Assembly (NCBI GenBank): GCA_047495785.1
Contig: JBLDXI010000054.1
Coordinates: 868,001-932,000, forward strand
Length of the DNA: 64,000 bases
Direction of reading: 5' to 3'
From: Lepidodermella squamata
Lineage: Eukaryota > Animalia > Gastrotricha
The notes beneath the pieces are model-generated. The model was given only the letters and a program-made list of their open reading frames with translations, was not told the DNA's origin and made no database searches. Positions 58,055-64,000 of the stretch are shown in pieces. Numbering within the stretch: position 1 is the first letter of the stretch; each line of letters opens with the position of its first letter. Made by a program: the position numbers and the translations under genes.

Positions 58055-60301
58055 ATGAACAAATTGCTTCTACTTTTGACAGTGCTACATCGCGCAAGTA
58101 CTCAGAACCAGAGCGATTTGGTGATTCTAACCCAGCTGCCCTCCTTTTTTGACAGATGCCGTTTCGTTGTAAATCTGGTCGGAGAAATCGTCAACGAACG
58201 TAACTTACTGCCCGGCTACCGCGTCGAATTCTTGCACAAAGATGAACTAGTTTACACTGCCAACGCCGCAGCAGAGGGTGTTAAATTCATCGACAAAATC
58301 ATGCCATCAGTCAATACCTACAAATCTCCGATAACCGTCAGCTCAATCGTTACGGCTGGTTGTAAATCTTGGGGATCAATTGCGCATCATATGAACATGG
58401 TAATGATAGCCGGGTCTTGCACTACTCCAAGTCTTACAGCTAGACGCGATCTTTACCCTAACATGTACAGAGTTCGAGGTCCAATAGAGCTAAGCATGGT
58501 TACTCGTCTTCATTTCATCAAGCAATTCACGCCATGGAGAAAGTTGGCAATTATCGTGGACTTGAGCAACGTATTTTCCGTTCAAAGTGGGATACTATTT
58601 AATGGTATTGCCACAGCTAACGGGATTAACGTCCAACTTTTCGAGGCTTTTCTTGATCTCAATGGTGACTTCATGCAACTTCTTAAAAAGCATGACGTCA
58701 GAATTTTCGTATTGGAAACCTCAGAATCGGCAGTTGCACAGCTTTTTCTATGTGAGGCTTTCAAAATCGGTATAACGGGCCGTCGCTTCACGTTTTTTAT
58801 TCCATCTGTTGCTTTTTTCGACCCATCGCCAGGTCAGAGCTACCCAAGTGGTTGTTCGAGGGACAATTACGTCGAGCAATTGAAATCCGTGATTATCGTT
58901 GGCTCTATCGATGCTGCGCCTGTTGCTCCATCCCGAATGGACGCGTTAGGCAACACTCAATTAGAGGTCGATAGAATCATAGCAGAACGAGGGCGAAATC
59001 TGTCTAAATCAGGCGAATCTCTTCGCACTGGCTGCTACGACGCAGCTCTACAAGCCATTGTCGCACTCAATGAAACCGAGAAAAAATTATCGGCGCTCAA
59101 CATGAGCCTAAAGGATTACCAGAAATATCCGGAGCTTGTTATGAAGATTGCGAACCAAACAACTAGTTCGATTCGTTACGAAAGCTTGAGGTTCAGCGAT
59201 TTTCATTACTCGAGCCGTTTGGAGTGGGACTACGAGCCTCAGGCTGTCATGACGTGGCAACAAGGCAAAGGCTTAGTTGTTCGATACGTCGGAACTGTGC
59301 GAGCTAATACAACAAATTTTAACGAGGCTAACATCGTTTCATTCACAGAAGTTCAACGAATCGACCCAGCTTCGATGCCTCGAGACTCGCCTGCTATTGT
59401 TACTGTGATTACGGGAGAGCCACTGCCCGTTTACGTCATTCTAACGGTTGCTGCAATCAGCTTGTTCTCTGTTCAGGCTGTTTTCGTGGGCAAGGGGCAT
59501 ATTACCGATAGAAAGAAACGAAAAGATGTGTCGAGGAATTTACTGTCACTCATCAGCTATTCATGCCTGGCTTTGTCCGTGCCGTTGATATCTACGCCAT
59601 TTTATTTACGCTCGAATGCGGTTTGTAACATAGCGATTGTTGTTATCACCTTTGGTATTTCTTCGTTCATAATTGGCATAGTCATTAGGGTTATAAATTA
59701 CTACTTTGTGCTTCGACGTTACAATAGCTTGAGACGTGAGCGAGAGCCTCATATGAATTCATTCGCCACCGCTTCCTCTTTCCAATCAGTCGAGTCCGAA
59801 AAACCTCAACTAATCAACGTTGAAATTGGAAAGGTTCGCCAAGCTGTACTTACGCTCATCTATACGGCTATTAATCTCGCAATCGTCTTAGGCTGGTTAG
59901 TTTCGGACCCAGTTTCTGCTGATTTAGTTTCGGATTCAATTGATCTCTACGATGAAGTTGCGGATGCTTACACGAAAAGGCAATGGAAGATATGCCAATC
60001 TAAGCGGGCATCTGCCTGGGCGGGAGCTCTCGTCGTTTTGAACTTCGCCGTGATTCTAATTGGCCTGTTTTTTGTGCTAAAATTACAAGCCATGTTGCGG
60101 AATTTGAAAACGCATCCAGTTGTAACGTTGGTTAATTTCTCGATGGCAATCACAGCAACATTGTTCTGCGCATCAGCTGCCATTGGTTACATCATGGCAC
60201 CTAGTTTTCAATATGACACTATTTTATCTGTGTTTTTGCTTGTAACTTCGGCATCACACAGCTTATTGCTTCGAATGCGTTATATCAAGATTTGGCGTTG
60301 A
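58055..60301 (+). CDS. Class C (GABA-B-like) orphan GPCR, subfamily B copy 2
   Basis: Close paralog of 34048-36297; intact ORF; start at ATG 58055 or 58037. Confidence 0.85.
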   Translation: MNKLLLLLTVLHRASTQNQSDLVILTQLPSFFDRCRFVVNLVGEIVNERNLLPGYRVEFLHKDELVYTANAAAEGVKFIDKIMPSVNTYKSPITVSSIVTAGCKSWGSIAHHMNMVMIAGSCTTPSLTARRDLYPNMYRVRGPIELSMVTRLHFIKQFTPWRKLAIIVDLSNVFSVQSGILFNGIATANGINVQLFEAFLDLNGDFMQLLKKHDVRIFVLETSESAVAQLFLCEAFKIGITGRRFTFFIPSVAFFDPSPGQSYPSGCSRDNYVEQLKSVIIVGSIDAAPVAPSRMDALGNTQLEVDRIIAERGRNLSKSGESLRTGCYDAALQAIVALNETEKKLSALNMSLKDYQKYPELVMKIANQTTSSIRYESLRFSDFHYSSRLEWDYEPQAVMTWQQGKGLVVRYVGTVRANTTNFNEANIVSFTEVQRIDPASMPRDSPAIVTVITGEPLPVYVILTVAAISLFSVQAVFVGKGHITDRKKRKDVSRNLLSLISYSCLALSVPLISTPFYLRSNAVCNIAIVVITFGISSFIIGIVIRVINYYFVLRRYNSLRREREPHMNSFATASSFQSVESEKPQLINVEIGKVRQAVLTLIYTAINLAIVLGWLVSDPVSADLVSDSIDLYDEVADAYTKRQWKICQSKRASAWAGALVVLNFAVILIGLFFVLKLQAMLRNLKTHPVVTLVNFSMAITATLFCASAAIGYIMAPSFQYDTILSVFLLVTSASHSLLLRMRYIKIWR

Positions 60302-60924
60302 AGCACCCTCACGGTTGATAACCTTCAAGGCCGATCTTTATTAGCTGTCCCATTGTGAAAAATTATTATGTGATGAAATAAAAATGAAGCTAACAGCTTC
60401 TGTCTCCCCTTGTACTGTAAAAACCTTTATGTTTTAAGCCTGTCACGCGCTGAGACAAGGGGGATCCATTGCATTCCTAGGCGGGACGCGGGACATCATT
60501 TCCGAAGTCCATTCAAAACTGTTAGGGAACCAGATACCTGAAATTCATGGGCTATGGGGGTATGCATCATGGCTGAACCTCGGTTCCTTTAGGCGGTCGT
60601 TATCAAAATATGAGGTCATCAGCAAGGAATTTCGAGTGACTGTTTTATTTATAAATGTCTGTTTTTTTAAATCACGATCTTAGCATTCTTTTGTAGAGTC
60701 AAGAGTGACAATACAGGTTTTTTCTAAATGCCGATAAAATTTGTCAAAAAAATTGAAAACTTAGGCCATAAGTTTCCGCTCCGACATCCGATTGAGAAAG
60801 CTTTTAGAGAAATAATACTTAAGTTTCCTGAAATGCATGCAGACCTAGCTCACATGACATCCTCATAGTCAAAATCTCATCCTCGAGTCAATCTTCCCAC
60901 GAAGTTATTCATTTATAGCAAGAA

Positions 60925-63237
60925 ATGAACTGTATATTTCCCTGCGTCTTTATAGCTGCCCAAGTACTTTTGATTGATTGCAAGACGATTCAAATACTCC
61001 ACTTAGCTCCGTTAGCTGTTTTGGAACCGAAAACCGCGCAGTCCGTGCTGGTCACCTCGCAGCTGGTTGCTGAGAAAGTCAACGCGAGAAACGACATTCT
61101 ACCCGGCTACAACATCGAGGTAACAGTGCGAGATGACCGTCTGGGCGCGAATTCCGCCAAGCAAATCATCGAATTCCGACGAGAGTCTGATTCAAATCCA
61201 AACGTGACGCAATCTCCAATTGTTGTAGGACCAGCTATTTCAACTGGCTGTAAGGCTGTTGGCCCAATACTAAGCGAAATCAATACAATTGTAATCTCAA
61301 CCCTTTGCTCAGCCCCGTCGTTATCAGACCGTAGTCGCCAGCCTTTGTTGTACCTTTCAGTTGCGACCAGTAAGACAACAGCTCTTGGGATACTTCGATT
61401 TATCGCTGACATTGGTAAGTGGTCACGTTTCGGGATACTTTCGAGCTCATTGAATGCTAACGACTACGGCACAGCTTTCTTCCTGCATGACCGTGCTTAT
61501 GAATCAGGATTTGTTGTTCCCTGGCTCACAATGGTGACTGAAGTAGATTCAGACGTTGTGGCTACATTTCAGAAGAGCGGATTGAGAATTTTGGTGATCA
61601 GTAGCGGTAATGCAGTTTTAGCCAACAAATTCCTATGTGATGCCTTCAAAATAGGAATATCTGGCCCTAGATACGTGTTTCTAATGTTCAATGACGCATT
61701 TTCTCTGAACCCAGTTCCAGGCTGCTTTAAGGAGGAGCTGTATACCCAGCTGAGGCAATCTTTCTACTTTGGCTATTCAACTAAACCTAACAACTACTCA
61801 ACGGTAACTGATCTAGGGTATAATGGGGCTGATTTTGATGCTGAGCTCATGAAGCGGATGAATGTGCCTACGACTGATTCCTTTTCCATGGCCTACACAA
61901 CTCATGATACATTACTGAAAGCTGTGATGATTCTACACAGAACTGAGCTCGAACTCAAGAAGCGTTACAACATGACCCTGAGCGACTACACGAACAATCC
62001 ATACGTAGTGGCTAAAATCGCGAATGACTCAGTCCTAACTTCGAAGGTTATTGGGATTCGTGTTGGGCTAATGGCCTATTCACCTGATGGACAACCTCTT
62101 GGGGATATTCAAACTGTAGCTCATTGGACCAATGAGAAAGGCCTCCAAAACATCGCATTCATCCGTCAGGATTCAGATAGGTTCACCTATGAGAGTTTTA
62201 GCCTCAAAGCTGTCAGCCGCATAAGGTGGATTACTGGTAACCCTCCGATTGACCACCCTACTTTAGGACGGATTGATAAGCGTCTGCCAGAAGGCGTTTT
62301 CCCGGCTGCAATTGTTTTCTGCTGCATTTCAACGCTTCTTCAAATTTTCGGAATGATTGCAGTCCTTATAGGACGGAATTCAAGAATTTCTCAGTTAGCA
62401 TGGGCTAAATTCTTTGGATTTTTCGGATGTCTAGTTCTAAATGCTTCTGCTTTGCTATTCGCTGTTGATAGGGGTATTGGAAGTGAGAAGATTGCAATAT
62501 TCTCGATTGTTACCTTGTTCATTGGGCTCACAATTGTATTCGCCTTTTTGGCAGCTCGAGTGATTTTGGTTCTCCAATTCGTAAGGTTCTCGAAGCGGAA
62601 GAGATCACGCACGACCCTAAAATCTAGCATGACTCTCACAGCCACACACAGGAGCCAAGGGTCATTTGAACGGGGCCGTAGCTTGGAGACTCCTCCTGAA
62701 CTGATGACTGATACCATTCAAGTGATTTTAAACTCAGAAACCTGGGCTAGAATGGACAAATCTGCTGTGAACGTCATTTTCGCTCTACTTTTCATCGTTT
62801 CCATTGTTCTCACTGGCTGGTTTGCAAGTCAAGACATGGCTTGTCACTCAGACGTTCTAGGCAAACCTGTTTACGATGAAGCACGAGACGTGATCGATGA
62901 AACTAGGGTACTAAGTTGTTCCACGTCTAATGCGAGCAGTTTCCTATTGGCATTGGGCAGTCTTCATGTTTTGATCCTATTCATAGCAGCCTACGCTTCA
63001 TATTTATTGACGAAAATTCGAGGGATAGCGAAAGCAATTCCTGACTTGAGTTATTGCCGACTAGGTGTAGCGAATGCTGCTATAATTTATTTGGCAGCGA
63101 TTCTCATATTTCTCATCTTGTCCGACAGCGCTATCGAGCAGCAAATTGCTTTGATATTCTGCGCTATTGCTCTGTCGCTGAGCACTTCTCTAACCTGGAT
63201 CATCCCGATGGTGTCACGCGGAAAAACAGGAAGTTGA
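60925..63237 (+). CDS. Class C (GABA-B-like) orphan GPCR, subfamily A copy 2
   Basis: Paralog of 20588-22924 (QSPIVVGPAISTGCKA, NYSTVTDLGY); intronless. Confidence 0.85.
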   Translation: MNCIFPCVFIAAQVLLIDCKTIQILHLAPLAVLEPKTAQSVLVTSQLVAEKVNARNDILPGYNIEVTVRDDRLGANSAKQIIEFRRESDSNPNVTQSPIVVGPAISTGCKAVGPILSEINTIVISTLCSAPSLSDRSRQPLLYLSVATSKTTALGILRFIADIGKWSRFGILSSSLNANDYGTAFFLHDRAYESGFVVPWLTMVTEVDSDVVATFQKSGLRILVISSGNAVLANKFLCDAFKIGISGPRYVFLMFNDAFSLNPVPGCFKEELYTQLRQSFYFGYSTKPNNYSTVTDLGYNGADFDAELMKRMNVPTTDSFSMAYTTHDTLLKAVMILHRTELELKKRYNMTLSDYTNNPYVVAKIANDSVLTSKVIGIRVGLMAYSPDGQPLGDIQTVAHWTNEKGLQNIAFIRQDSDRFTYESFSLKAVSRIRWITGNPPIDHPTLGRIDKRLPEGVFPAAIVFCCISTLLQIFGMIAVLIGRNSRISQLAWAKFFGFFGCLVLNASALLFAVDRGIGSEKIAIFSIVTLFIGLTIVFAFLAARVILVLQFVRFSKRKRSRTTLKSSMTLTATHRSQGSFERGRSLETPPELMTDTIQVILNSETWARMDKSAVNVIFALLFIVSIVLTGWFASQDMACHSDVLGKPVYDEARDVIDETRVLSCSTSNASSFLLALGSLHVLILFIAAYASYLLTKIRGIAKAIPDLSYCRLGVANAAIIYLAAILIFLILSDSAIEQQIALIFCAIALSLSTSLTWIIPMVSRGKTGS

Positions 63238-63597
63238 ACAGACAGCAGACATAGTTTATGCTACATGACATAGTTTGCTAAAAACTTCCGTTGAAGCTTT
63301 CGTGCAACGTCTTTACTTCATTTCATGACTTTTGAACATTTTTTGATAGATTTTTAATTCTTAAAACAGAAATTTTGATAACCAACTTACTCATTGAGTT
63401 ACTCATTAGGTTGTTCCAAAATCAGATATAGGATCCTCTGCGAACAAATTAATCTCGCACAATGCTTTGACAATACAAAATACAAAATAAAAGGAATCCC
63501 AATACTTTTTTCTATGAAAATAGGCTTCGTTCATAGATCGCGAAAAGTTGTGAGCAGCAACTCTACGATATGTGACCAGTGACCAGTCATCTATCTA

Positions 63598-63795
63598 CCG
63601 TATTACCGCGCTTTGAGTGTCATGCCACTATAAAGTGAAACATGATTTTTGACCCCTTTTGAATTTCCTCGATTATAGTGGCACCTAATGTTTTGCATTA
63701 AAATTCAATCTGGCATGTCACTATAAACGGGGCATAGTGACATGCCACTGTAAAACGAGCTATAGTGGCATGACACTCAAAGCGCGGTAATACGG
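63598..63795. mobile_element. 198-bp TA-flanked MITE with perfect 35-bp TIRs
   Basis: TA|CCGTATTACCGCGCTTTGAGTGTCATGCCACTATA … mirrored ACGG|TA, with internal ATG(C/T)CACT(A/G)TA repeats. Confidence 0.92.
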
Positions 63796-64000
63796 TAAAT
63801 CAGAAAAAACTCGAAAGAGGCTGAGTCTGTTTTGAGGGCATGGAAAATGACGCGTATAGTGATCCCCGACAGTTCTCGAGAAGCTCCGTGGACTAATTGG
63901 TTAATGTCTATTTGAAACATTTCACTAGAAAAAATGTATAGATTCTATTGATAAAATCGGAATAATTGTACTGAACTCAAGAACTAATTTTGGCACTCGA

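Larger units (their letters stand above)
53397..60318. repeat. Segmental duplication copy C
   Basis: Collinear with 30380-36312 but with different insertions. Confidence 0.85.

Noticed and set aside
63858-63906. tRNA-like fragment GCTCCGTGGACTAATTGGTTAATGTC
   Set aside because: Only an A-box-like half, with no downstream B box or cloverleaf; at most a relic.
1-64000. CRISPR array, prokaryotic operon or viral insert
   Set aside because: No regularly spaced direct repeats; genes have spliceosomal introns and belong to animal-type families.

Overview
Compact eukaryotic, almost certainly invertebrate animal, genomic DNA. Most GT-AG introns are 49-58 bp. No CRISPR arrays, rRNA or intact tRNA genes were seen, and the taxon cannot be fixed from this window. 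The gene content is a birth-and-death cluster of cell-surface and secretory genes: five class C (GABA-B-architecture) orphan GPCRs; four rhodopsin-like orphan GPCRs with a shared N-terminal motif, two of them broken, plus a fragment; two GT10 alpha-1,3-fucosyltransferases with an extra C-terminal hydrophobic segment; a signature-degenerate SLC20/PiT; a minimal Cys-loop channel subunit; three LamG-EGF-EGF paralogs; and a secreted six-repeat Cys-rich protein. Three mobile-DNA structures stand out. (1) A 3.3-kb composite transposon (3320-6624) with CATAG termini, 14-bp perfect TIRs and an exact 8-bp TSD, carrying the whole intron-containing six-repeat gene as cargo. (2) A TA-flanked MITE (23840-24883) that disrupts a GPCR and holds two mirror-image tRNA-like Pol III cassettes. 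(3) A 9.3-kb nest of a pogo-like MITE, a Helitron that lacks Rep but keeps an intact 7-intron helicase ORF, and an intact two-ORF LINE. All exon structures were inferred by eye from splice signals and frame continuity; no database searches were run.
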